Shown in pieces: positions 26,609 to 38,397 of a stretch of DNA of 64,000 nucleotides (position 1 is the stretch's first letter; each line of letters starts with the position of its first letter). The DNA is from Klebsormidium nitens. Taxonomy: Eukaryota > Plantae > Klebsormidiophyceae. The DNA is taken from assembly GCA_000708835.1 (NCBI GenBank), contig DF237205.1, forward strand, positions 1 to 64,000. The letters run 5' to 3'. Position numbers and translations under genes: made by a program. The notes below the pieces were generated by a model. That model did no database searches and had not been told where the DNA came from. It saw only the letters and a list, made by a program, of their open reading frames with translations.

Positions 26609-27990
26609 AATTCTGCCGCAGAACGCAGTCTGTGGAATTTGTACAGTATCTAGTCGTAGGACGGAGAAACAAACAGCCCGGCCGGGTCACTTCCCCCGAG
26701 CGAGGGCTCAATGTTATCAACTTGAGTCAAGCACATGCGAGGGAAACCTTTACTCGAATGTCTTTGCGTTTTATAGCGTTTGAATGCATTCAAACCAAAT
26801 ATGCCCGACTTTAAAGTAGCTGGCATTGTCAGCTGGCATTAAGAATGGAAGAGCATGTTGCCTTGTCATGAACTTTTCCGGCCGTTCAATTAAAATCCTG
26901 TATCGACGGTCACTTCGATTTGGCGTCCCGGCACTCCGTGGCGCCGCGATAATTGAACGCCGGGACGTCCATAAGGCACATACGCAGAATTAACCGTTGA
27001 GTGCTACTAGTACATGCCCTCGTCATATGGCATTATACAAGTCCGGATTCTAATTGCCGTAATGCTGACTAGGCGCTGCCAACATATACGTACGTACTCT
27101 CTGAACAGCAAATTGCCAGGTTGCAGCCCAGCGCACCGTCAATGAACGGAGTAACGGACGTGTCACCCTACAGTACGGTGTTGTCGGGCCGCACACGCTA
27201 GCGCAAGGCGGCTCAGCTGATCAGCACGTGTGTTCACTTTCCGACCTCTAAGTTTGCTTGAGAGTGAGCCACTAAAGAGGTCGCGCAGACACAGACTTTG
27301 GCAGCATAGCGGCAACCTCACTGAGCAATCTTGTACAGTCGCAATGATCGTTCACGGTATCCCGTTGCTGCGACCGAGTCTCAGATTGCCGAATCCCAGT
27401 ACTCATCGACATCCGACCAATCCGACGATCCCGGTCCGAATGATCGGATCCGAGCCAAAGATAGCATTCAAGTGGGGTGCAAAATAGCACGTCTAGATCC
27501 GAACCCGGTCCACAACCAGCAAATACAGACGTGGTCGATAATTGGTTCGAATCAGAAGAGGGGTCCAACATGCTCCAATCAATCAGCCTAGTCACGGTCC
27601 GATCATGATGAATGCAACTGCCAGAATGTTGTTTTCAATATGGGCGCTCTGATCGCCGGCTTTTGGGACGACGTGCCCGTTTGCAGGAATAGGTAAAGAC
27701 AAGTCGGTTCCTATTGCCCGGCAAGCTGCCGGTATCAAAAGAGGAAGTGTCCCTGGCAGCAGCTCGGTTCAAGAACCCTCACACTCGCGGATCCGGCCAG
27801 AGTTACGTATCTGCATCTACTGTTTTCAAGCGTCCGTTCTAAGACCCAAATGAAGACCGTACGAGTTCCGGGCTCACGTATTACAGGTGCCCGTTGAAAC
27901 TTCCTTCCAGACATCCATTAATGCTATGCATAGCGCTCTCTTGTCCGTTACTCCCTATCTTCGATTCCTTTCGTTTATCTTCTCACAGAC

Positions 27991-28194
27991 TCACTTGTAA
28001 CCCTTAGTCCTTCCAGAGGAGTGGGCAGAATGAGAGCCCCCCTTGCTTTCCCCCCCAGTGCGCGCGGCCGCGGACTGCGCGCGCGCAGCAAAGCCGCCCG
28101 CTTTCACTCCGCCGTTTCCGGCCTTGGCTTCCGCCGCTTGGATCCGCGATGCGGCGGATTGAGTCATCGGCGTGCCGGACTGCTTCCCGGACAT
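27991..28194 (-). CDS. Small SMP-domain (seed maturation / LEA-like) protein, 67 aa
   Basis: MSGKQSGTPMTQSAASRIQAAEAKAGNGGVKAGGFAARAQSAAAR matches the SMP motif (AxRIQSAE...GGxAAxAQSAA). The ATG directly follows a polypyrimidine-CAG acceptor, implying a 5'UTR intron. Confidence 0.8.
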   Translation of the reverse strand: MSGKQSGTPMTQSAASRIQAAEAKAGNGGVKAGGFAARAQSAAARTGGESKGGSHSAHSSGRTKGYK

Positions 28195-29925
28195 CTGGAA
28201 CAAAGAAAACAGAGCGAACACTTGGAATCCTCATTTCGTCTGGTTTAATATCGTTTTGATTCGTGTTTGTGCATTAGAAAGAAGACGCAAAAGGTCATAA
28301 AGAACCTCAGAACCGGATGTAATTTAGGAGTGCAATCTACAGCACGGATATAGATCTACCAAAACTTTGTTCTGTGTGCTTGTGTGCTTGTGTGCTTTTT
28401 TATAGAACATCCGTTGAGAGGACTTTGACCGAGGGACTCCGGGGGAAATTATGCATGTTGAGCCCTGAAGCCACGGACTCGAAGATTTGCATCGTGATGG
28501 TCTCCCTTCGCAATAGCAATCACGACTTTGGTGCTTTCTAAGTGGAATCTTTTGCACTATCTAAGTCTTGGGCCGAAAGCAGCTGCAGCAACAAGCTGTA
28601 TAGGATCACAGGACTTGAAGAAGAACGTGAACAAAAGTCTGGATGACGAGGAAGAATTTCTCAAGAGGAGTAACATGGTCGCCCATCGGAGCTTTTCAGG
28701 AAAGCTTTTGCTTTCCAGATATCTAAAAAAGAATGCGACAAGACGACAAGAAAACTGGAAAGAACTGGAGAGGGTACTTCCTGCAGCCCTTCGGATTTCA
28801 AGCAACAAATTCGGGGGGCAACGCGTACACAGCTACACATTCCTTGGAAGTTGGGAGCGCACCTTGCGCTTCACAAAGGGCTAATATAGAGAAGCAGAAG
28901 CAGTCGCTCCCAATCAGCACTGAGAGTTGGAGTCTTCGACTTAGGCGCTCCGATCCGATATGTGATCCGAAGTGTCTGGGAGAGCTTCGCCTGAAGCTGC
29001 GGGAGTGGATGCTTTTTGAGGGATCGCCCACATCTGTGAATTGAAGAAGCAGTTCTTCGTGCCAGCGCTAGCCTGCGATCAAGCGACAGCTGCGTCTCGA
29101 TCGAAAGAACACTGGGGAGCTATGGTTAACTGCTCCTGAGAATTTATCTTCAAACTGCCGGTGTTAGACTCGGTCCATGATCGTCCAACTCTCAGCTCAT
29201 CCGCGTGCTGGTCAAGCTATTGACAGGGGGTGGGCAGAAGAACCGGGCCTAATTGTACCTCGCTTAAATTGAAGCATAAGATATCATTGTCGAACGTCGA
29301 GACGAGATTTCGATGCACGGTCCCATGCAGCCCCAACTTAGACGATGACATTCGGAATGAGCGGGAAGTGAAGTAAGCTTCTGTCAGCTTGTTCGAGTCA
29401 TAAGAATTTCAACCGGGGAGGTCTTCAGAGAAGCCGTTCTCAAAGCCGGCCGCCTCAACAATTCGAGTACGACTCAAGCACCTGGCATCGGCAACAATCG
29501 TGACGGCAAACACTGACCAGCGCAAATTGAAGTGCCTCGTAACGGCGCGCATGCAACTGGTAATGTCATCGAGAAAGCGATTCACACTTGGGGTGCTCGA
29601 AAAAACCCCAGAGAGAGCGCTTGTTGCTGACATAAGATTCGCTTCGACGTTGTCCCTTGACGTGCTTTTCATTCCCGTTTTGATTCCATCCAGAACTCGG
29701 TCGGTGTGGCTCACAACTTCTCCTCAGCGTCAAGAGAACATATTTTGACCTGCGAGCATCAGCGTTCTGTGTATGCGCCTGTGCAAAACCCTTTGACTTT
29801 CACAGGAAGGTTTTCTGCTAGCGCTAAGCACGATAAGTATCGAGCCTTCAGTCTGGTTCCAGATTATCGGGCTTTGAGCTTGCTGCCTCTTTACAAACAG
29901 AATTATTCCTTGATTCATTGTCAAT

Positions 29926-30040
29926 CAGCTTATAACCAGCCCGTAACTGACCATTAGTTAACCGCCCACAATATACTTCTGCTTAACTGTCCATCAGATT
30001 ATAACCAGTCCGTAACCGACCGTCAGTTAACCGCCCAAAT
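29926..30040 (+). repeat. 69-bp tandem duplicate just upstream of the RPB5 paralog; member of a small dispersed repeat family
   Basis: ATAACCAG(C/T)CCGTAAC(T/C)GACC...AGTTAACCGCCCA occurs twice. Related copies lie at ~33811-33860 and, inverted, at ~53088-53136. Confidence 0.7.
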
Positions 30041-30074
30041 CCTGTGTTTGGGACCAGTCAGTTGTGTGCGGGTC

Positions 30075-33000
30075 ATGGACGACGAGAATGCGACTAAGCT
30101 CTACAGGGTCCGCAGGACAATACTAGAAATGCTAAACGACAGGGGTTATAATGTGCTCGATGAAGAGCTTAGTCAGACGAAGGAAGACTTTATTGAAAAA
30201 GTGGGAGACGAGCCCAAGAAAGAAGACCTCATGATGTCGAAAAGAAAGCTAGACAGTAGCGAGCAGGTACGTATTAAATCAAGGAATAGTGGGCTTGGGT
30301 GTCCATCGTTTTGCAGTTGCATGTGATTCGACACGAGTATTTCTGCGGTTGTGGATTGAAGATGGCGCTGTGAACACGGAGGTAGGATGGTACCCGCCAC
30401 TAAATGCCAGCAAAAGAAAAAGAGCGGAGACGGAACGTGGGCTTAGAACAAAGCACTTCTGGGAGCTACTCTTTGGCGTCTTCCTCTTGCGTGTCTTCGT
30501 ATCTCGCATACAATCACTAAACGCGTGGAATATGAACTTATAAGGATTCTTTCATTTGTTACTTCTTGCTTTGCGCCGCCCATCAAGCAAAGCTCTTCCC
30601 CCGCAATGGGTCTGGCAGATCAGCTTTTCCGATTGAATATATGCTCAAATGAAGCGCTACCACCTTGAAATGGATGCAGCATTCCTTCCGATTTTGCTGC
30701 TTGATTACAGACACAACTAAGGCGCGTCCCTTCTAAGGTTTCCTCACGGATCAGAGATGTCAAGGATCAGCTCAGCAAAGCGTCTGACCGACCAGTTTTT
30801 TGCGGTTCCGTCCATCAGTCATATTCTGGGGCACTGAATACTTCCACGAAATATAAAGACTGCTACTGTTTTAAGGTGCCTTGACTCTTGTTAGATACAC
30901 CGATCGTGGGTTCATTTGGAAAGTACGATTGATCGAAGGACTGCTACAGGTCTTTCGCTTTTTGCTTGTTTTGCGTTGAATTTCAATTTGCAGAACCATA
31001 TGAGAGGACCCGGATTACGTGCAGGTGAAAGGCTAACTTGAAACCTCTTTGATCCGGGGCCCAGCTCCCCTTTGACTTTTCAGACACTGATTGTCAAATT
31101 AAATTTTGGATGCGAGATTGCAACGAAAAAGAATCCAATCAAGTTCGAGCAAGTTCCTTAATGGAAAACAAAAAATAGAGCAGGCCTGAAACAAGCCTTT
31201 TGCATTCCCTCTACAGATTCGCGTCTTCTTCCCAGACGCGAAGTCGGACGGGCGCTCTAGCGGAAACTTCAACGTCGGTATCAAGGATATGAAAGAGTAC
31301 GTAGAAAAGATGAAGCGGGACAACATTCAGCGGGCCATCATGGTGGTCGCCGAGAATTTGACACCCTTCGCCAAGGCGTGCCTAGGGGAGATTGCGACCA
31401 AAGGGTACTTCATCGAAGTGTTCCAGGTGAGTGTCAAAGGAGCGCGCGGGGGCCTCTTTAATTTCTTCTCCAACTTACTTTGTGATAAAAACTCCCTTGA
31501 ACGGAGTTGCGTAGACCTACTTGGGTCCAAAACGGATCTGCTTCGGACCCAATTCGGACCGTTTTCGGACATCCGACATGTCTGAACGGGGTCTGAAGCT
31601 TTCGGACCGGGGTTAGTTCAGTTCAAACCCAATTCAAATCGGGTTCGCGGACGAAACGCTCTCTCACAGTGGCCTGCCACTAAATGTTTTGTATTTTGGC
31701 CAGCCGTTCCTGGATTGATGCTTGAAAGTCGAGCCGATCCCATTCACGGGGGAAAGGTACCGTCAACGTCCAAGCCGGCTTTGTACTCCGGTTAGATGTC
31801 CTTCTACTAGACGAAGCTGGTTAAAAGCTGGCTATCTGACTGTTGACTACATTCGGTTGAGAGCGAAACTTTCCTGCGTTCACTTGGAACGAAGCGGCAA
31901 GACGTCGGGTTCCTCAAAGCTAACCCACGGGAAAACGGAAGAGCACTAGCCACTTTATCTCTGGTCAAAAATCTTCACCAGTGGTCGTTCCTGAGTCATC
32001 GGAAAACCCGGGCCGAAAGCAAAAGCGGGTACCAGTGTGGCCTATAGCAATTCGGAAAAAGCGCGCAGTCCGAAGCTTTGGTGGATAATAGCTGCTGTCA
32101 ATCAGCCGTCTTGCCTTCTGTTGACGAACTCGCCTTCTTTCAAGTATCTTAAATTGCATCTAACTCACCTCTCGCACTCTCAGTTCCTGACAACCGATCA
32201 GCTAAACTGTTTCTTAAAACCGAATTGGAGCTGCTGATGACTAACGACCGCCAGGTGCCCCTCCAAAGCACGACGTTTACAGAAATGAAGAAAAGAAACG
32301 GTTCAATCCAAACCCCGTTTTAGCCGTAGATTTAGCATTTTGGCTGGCCGTTGGAGCTCGGTTGAGTTAAAACCCGTTTTGGAAAACTTCGTGCAGGAAT
32401 CAGGGCTGCTAATGAATATCAACCGCCAGGTGCCCCTCCAAACCACGACGTAAGATAATAAAGAAAAGAACGGTTCAATCGAAACCCTTCTTAAAACCGT
32501 AACTTTACAATTTGGCTGGCGAGTCGGAGTTGGGTTGAGATGACCCGTTTTTCAATTCTCGTGCAGGAATCAGAGCTGCTGGTAAACATCAGCCATCTCG
32601 TGCTCGTTCCGACGCACTACGTCCTCAGAAACGAGGAAAAGGACGGTTCAATCGAAAGCCTTTTTAAACCGTAACTTTACAGTTTGGCTGCGTCGTTGGA
32701 GTTCGGTTGAGATAACCCAATTTTCTAAACCTCGTGCAGGAATCAGAGCTGCTGGTTAACATCAGGCACCAAGAGCTCGTTCCGAAGCACTACGTCCTTA
32801 GAAACGAGGAAAAGGACGGTTCAATCGAAAGCCTTTTTGAAACCGTAACTTTACAGTTTGGCTGGCCCGTTGGAGTTCGGTTGAGATAACCCGATTTTGC
32901 AAACCTCGTGCAGGAATCAGAGCTGCTGGTTAACATCAGCCACCACGTGATCGTACCGAAGCACTACGTCCTCAGCAGCGAGGAGAAGATGGCGCTTTTA

Positions 33001-34033
33001 AAACGGTACTGTGTCAAAGAAACGCAGGTAAGCAGGGATCCAGGAACTTTTCTTGCTTTCGGCTTTGCCAAATCAAATAGCCTTGAAAGCATGGCAAGTA
33101 AGAGGGCGCAACAAGCTGCAAAATAAATCCGCAAAGAGAGTTCTCGGTACGGAAGTTCGTGATGATAAGGTCAGTTGGGCCAAGGACAAGTAAAACTTAC
33201 GCCGGAACAAAAAGAGGGTTTGTGTCGAACGCTTCTTTCGAGAGTTCACACCGTCGAAGAAAGGCAGGTCAACTGGTGTGTCCACCAAAGGCCTTTCCGC
33301 GGACTCGTGAAAGCTGGTCGGGGCAGCGGATCGACCGGCCATTGACACTCAGGCAATAATCCATACGTGGGAGCTTTTGAGAATTGGATGGCATAGCTAA
33401 GAGTCACCTTGCACCCGCGCTACTTTTCTTGTTACCTCTCTCAGCCGCCACGGTTCCCGACCAATTGAAAAGATGTTTGTGGTGATATTCTCCTCGCAGC
33501 CCGCTTACTATGCATGGAAAGCCGACGTTGTCGAGCTAAGCAGGAGATCTTCTGGCGCACTTCGTTGAAACACTTTGATAAAAGCTGACAGGATCTGTGC
33601 ACAGACCTCTAACTTCTTCGAAGGAATCAATCTTCAAATCACGTCACCCGTTTGTCAAAGCCCAGGTTGCTGTCACACTTGGGACCATCTTACACAGAAA
33701 GGTTTGGCTGCTAACTATGTTCTCTAACTAATCCTCAGTCCGATTCTTTGACCATAACCGCATTACAGCCATGTTAGAAACCACTGCTTGAGTCTGGTCA
33801 TCAGACAGCTGACCTGCTTCGAACCAGCCCGTAACCCAATATGTTTAACCGCTAAATAACCTGTTTTAACTACTCTACGTACAGACCAATAGTTTTCATT
33901 GCAGCTACCCCGGATGCAAGTAACCGACCCCATGGCCCGTTACCTCGGCGTGACGCGGGGGCAAGTCGTCAGAATCGAGCGACCAAGCGAAAAGGGCGCC
34001 GGGCTTTACGTCACATACAGATGCGTAGTTTAG
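30075..34033 (+). CDS. RPB5: Divergent RPB5 paralog (214 aa, frame intact)
   Basis: Exons 30075-30266, 31217-31426, 32914-33027 and 33905-34033 use the same intron positions as copy 1. The C-terminus reads [42 protein letters not shown]. Confidence 0.9.
32215..32995 (+). repeat. Tandem array of ~172-bp units copying the exon-3 acceptor and exon 5' part of the RPB5 paralog
   Basis: GTGCAG|GAATCAG at 32397, 32567, 32740 and 32914 (spacing 170/173/174), plus a decayed copy at ~32222. Only the last copy continues into the full exon. Confidence 0.92.
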
Positions 34034-35675
34034 AATCATGCTGCAGAATGCATTCTTTGGAACATGTACAGTGTCTGAGTATTCGTAGGACGGAGAAACA
34101 AACAGCCCGGTCGGTTGGTATCGCCGAGTGATGGGCTCTAAGAGGATGACATAAAGTCGCGTACGTACGTGTGAGGAGACCGTCAAACCGGGATTGCTGT
34201 GCGTTCTTAAGCGGCCGCATCTGCATTAGACGTGTGCCCATGGGAGCACGGTTGCCGTCGTCAGCATTCGGTAACGGTCCAAGACGAGCATCGTGCAACT
34301 CGTTCTCAATCACTTCCCCCTTGTCTCGGCTCGACGGCTGTCACTACACCCGGACAATGAAGGGTTTGGATGGAACCGAAAGGCGCAGCATGTGTGATCG
34401 ACCGAATCCGGAGGCAGGTCACCGTATGTGGCAAGTTGTCACAGTTACATCGCACTGCCCCTATGCTGCGCGCTGAAATTAAGTTGCATTCGGAAAAAAA
34501 GTTAGCAAGTATTGTATAGCGTGTGTATCAAGGGCGGCGCCCGGCGGCCTGGCGCAGGATGTGGGCTGTTCGAGCCCGGCAGCGCTTGATTGGGTATATC
34601 GAATAGGCTCTCGGTTTTTTCAAGCGCTGATTACCATCCCAGTCCGCAATTTCGAGAATGACATGCACGGTAGTACGCACCAGAGCGCTTAGTTTGAGAC
34701 AGCATATCAGAAATCTACTGCCAGTGTCGTGTCAACCACCGACATGAAAACCTTGTCTGAACCCGTTGCGGCCGGACCGATATCGTTCAACGTACTACCG
34801 TTCAATGTTCACCGCACCTTGCTAGCACTTTCTGCCGGGTAAGTTTGCACGCAATGATGATTTATGTGTCTTCCAACATCAGTAACATGATATGCTGTAG
34901 CTAGATCGTGATTCTGAGTCGCCCGGGCTCAAGGAGCGCGCTAGTGCGCGCACGACGGTTTTTTGATGCACTGCGAGTGGCTGACGCCGCACATAAGCTG
35001 CCTGCGCAATTGGGCGCGGCCTCGCGAGCTGGGCGGCGCCAGCGGGGCGTGGATTTATTCATGCACTATAGTTGCCGAAGAAAGACATTCAGCAGCTGCT
35101 TAAATATCAGGCTGCCCGTGACCCACTCAAACATGTGGACTTGCATCCGATTGGACAGATGATTCATCCGTCGGAATGCGATCGGATCCGTCACGACACG
35201 GGTCGGACGGCTCCGAGCTCTTGCACACACAGATTCACCAGAAAGTCCAACGAGTACGTGCGCAACATGTTATCTAAGTTGACGTACTTAATGCATTCTT
35301 TAAATGCTGCTTTTGCCATTCTCGATCATGCGGCGCTCTCATCCTTTGCGAAGAAGCTGATTGAAACTTCAAACAGTGCGCGTCCATTCACAGAGAAAGA
35401 AACGAGCGTCATCTTCAATTGCCTGCTCATATCGAGAAAGCTCAAGACGTCCTGATACCTGCGTCCTCACACTTCTCCTTGGGGTTAGGTACCGATCTCT
35501 CTGAACTCTCGAGCTTCGCCTCTAAACCGTATCGGAACAAGTCTTACCCTTAAATGCACCTCACGGTGACTTTACACCGAACCCTTCTCAGACTGCCACG
35601 TGTACCCTGTACTCCTAAACCTTCTGCCCTAAACTTTTATAACTATCCAAGTGTCTTAGCGTCTTTCTCCAAGAC

Positions 35676-35912
35676 TCACTCGCTCCAATAGTCTTCCTCG
35701 CCCCCGGATTGGTCCCCCTTGTACCCGAAAGAAGGATTTTCAGACTGAGAACCCCCCTTGTCTCTGCCTCTCTCGTTCCGCGCGGCCGCGGATTGCGCGC
35801 GCGCCGCGAAGCTTCCGGCTTTCACGCCGCCATCCCCGGCCTTCGCTTCTGCAGACTGGATCCGCGACGCAGCCTCTTGAGTCATGGGCGTCTTGGCCTG
35901 CTTGTCAGACAT
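35676..35912 (-). CDS. SMP-domain protein paralog, 78 aa
   Basis: MSDKQAKTPMTQEAASRIQSAEAKAGDGGVKAGSFAARAQSAAARN. It has the same acceptor-before-ATG layout as the 28194 copy and a different C-terminal tail. Confidence 0.82.
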   Translation of the reverse strand: MSDKQAKTPMTQEAASRIQSAEAKAGDGGVKAGSFAARAQSAAARNERGRDKGGSQSENPSFGYKGDQSGGEEDYWSE

Positions 35913-38397
35913 CTGAACGAAAAGAGAAGAAGCGATCTAGAACTGAGTTCTCAATTACTCCCGTCTTGAAAAACATCTCAATGAAAGGGGAAATTGGGCA
36001 AGCATTTGTCCTACAAAATCAGAATTGGCATCTCCGTTGAACTTTAATTGCTTTTCCCGTGCTCCTGAAAACATCGTACCAATTGAATGGAAACTAAGGT
36101 GTGTATAGGATCTTGGGGCGAATCGAATTGCAGGCAACAGTGTCCAAACAATCCGCGACCCCACTGAAGGTTGCTTCCTGCCAGTAAAGATCAAGCTCTC
36201 CGGCTTTCTTTGCTTCCTTTCGAAAGGAAGTGCCAGTAGCGTGCGAAAGCCCGAAGAGAAGACCAGTGTCATTACGAGAGTTGTTCTTGATGCCCCTTCA
36301 ATTCAGTTCTGATAAGCAAAAGATCGGAAGCAACGAGCACATGACGAGGTAATCAGACATGACAAGTGAGTACAAGCGCATGACAAGGTAAGCACAAGCA
36401 CATAACAAGGTGATCAAGCACAAGCAGCACATGTGCTTACCCAGTAGTTGGAGCTCGAGTGTCCCTTGCTTTTCGCAATGGGCTTCACCACAGACGTCGC
36501 AGCTCGAGGTTTGGGGGCGCCGGTCTGACGGCTGATCCGCTTAGTCGGAGTCGTGTGCGTGATACCAAGAGCGGGGGAGATTGCCACGCTGATAGCTGCC
36601 GCCATCTTGTAAGAATTTGACATCGGTCTAGGGGAAATTTAATGCTTTTTGAGAAAGTTAGAATGAGTGCGTTAGCCAACCTCGATTGTGTGCAGTTCAA
36701 TTGCGATCAGGCAAGCTGCGCTACTAGTGCGCCTAGAGCCTGTGTGCTGACTGCATTAACGGCGCTGCTCTTGAGAACCAGGTATGCCAAATTACATCGA
36801 GGCAGTCAACGACATCCACCTAGCGCATGAGCGTGCCGGCCAAGCTTGTGATGACGTCAGCCGTTCTAAAAATTCCCGACGACCGAAGCCGATCGAGACT
36901 TAGAAGCCCCGCATGCACACAAGAAGCGGATGGCGACAAGAAATGGCCCCGACCAGGATCGACATCTGATCATTGCTTGACTCTGCCCCGCAATCGATGA
37001 TCTTGTTGCAGTTGTACGAGTAATGACGTACACGGAGTAACCTTCTCCCGCCGTCCTTGCTTGAGTGTGTAGCTACAGCGTGACTCGGTATTAAAACTGT
37101 ACTCCGGTGATTCTTAAGACAACTCTCCTTTGAGTTGTGAATTCGATCATGGGCGGCCTCAGACATGCTCATTCAATCCGAAATTTCGAAACGCAATTTC
37201 AGATGACAAGCGCATTGCGATGAAGACGTACTATCGGCTGGCTTACGCTCTGCAGCCGCCAGAAAACGAACTTGCCAATATGGGCTATTGCGAAACGTGG
37301 CATGTGTGGACGTGCAGTTGACCATGCGCGCCACTGCCTTGGAAATGTTATCGCGAATGCTTGGCTTGTCTGCAGTATGTCTTGCACTGTGGTCATCAGT
37401 CAGGGCGCGCCAGGCTTGACAATCATTACAGAGCTTCGCAAGCGGCCTGTATAACTTAGTAAGCATGCACGTGTATATTATTTTGACTGTCGATCAGAAC
37501 CACGGGGATGGTGCATGAGAAAGTAAGCGCCCAAGGCTGCGCCGACTTGGTTGGCAGCACGCATGCCAATGCAAATAAAACCGCTGTCTCTTTCCTAACG
37601 CCTAAGCTACGCAGCGAAGGCACCATCGGAAGCATGAGGCGCACTTGAGCTACTCAAGGCGGTATTTGTTCGATTCTGCAGTCCCTCTTAAAAGCAGAAG
37701 ATATCTTCTATTTTCAAAGAGAAATAACTGAACTTCGGAGAAATATCTTCCCGATCACAGAGCGCCCTTAAATACTTACAATATTGTGCATCGTAACCGG
37801 ATCGTGATACAAAGAAAGGTTCCATTCGTGTCGAAGACTCCGGTCAAGGACGTCTTGGCTCCTCTCCGGATCTACGGAACTAGCATGACTAACGTCCGCA
37901 ACAGCCAAGTATGGGTACGCTACTCTCACAATGGTCACACTGGCTGCAAAAGGAGAGGAAGAATCTTTCAGGTTCAGTGAAAGTTTGTCAGAAATAATCT
38001 TCAACGTTTTGCAGTATCACAAATGTAAGAGTAGATCTCCGGATGCTTTTGGCTTCACTGCTTCCCTGAGTCAGTCCCAAAGGCGCAGACTATTCATGTT
38101 CAATAGCACTCCACAGACCTCCCGACCACTCAAATGAGGAGATTGTCGAAGAGCCTGGCGCAAATGTTGCACCCGTCTGCAAAGGTGACCAAGGCAGCGC
38201 GAGAGTTTTATTGTGTTGCAACTGCTTATCTAATTAGATGCGTGCTTGCCTAAGATACAGATTGGGCTTGACAAGAATGAGGCGTCACAATCTAGGAAGT
38301 AATTCACATACTTTTCAGAGGCCCTTTGCAGAAAGCACCTTCTCGACCAGTGCAACCCGTTCTATCCTGTCCCTACCCTCGGACTCTTCACGGGGAA

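Noticed and set aside
27360-27610. CCGA/TCGG-rich patches (also ~31530-31640 and ~35130-35220)
   Set aside because: Possibly small palindromic repeats, but I could not define arms or boundaries.
28528-29714. ORFs of 118 aa (+, 28528-28884) and 101 aa (-, 29409-29714) at the junction between the duplicated blocks
   Set aside because: No recognisable motif or supported exon structure. They may be gene relics but cannot be called.
32215-32995. Regular ~172-bp repeats considered as a CRISPR-like array or satellite
   Set aside because: The units are copies of RPB5 intron/exon sequence with no unique spacers, and the context is eukaryotic.
36300-38300. Short ORFs between the SMP paralog and the GT 3' end
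   Set aside because: No conserved motifs and no consistent exon chain.
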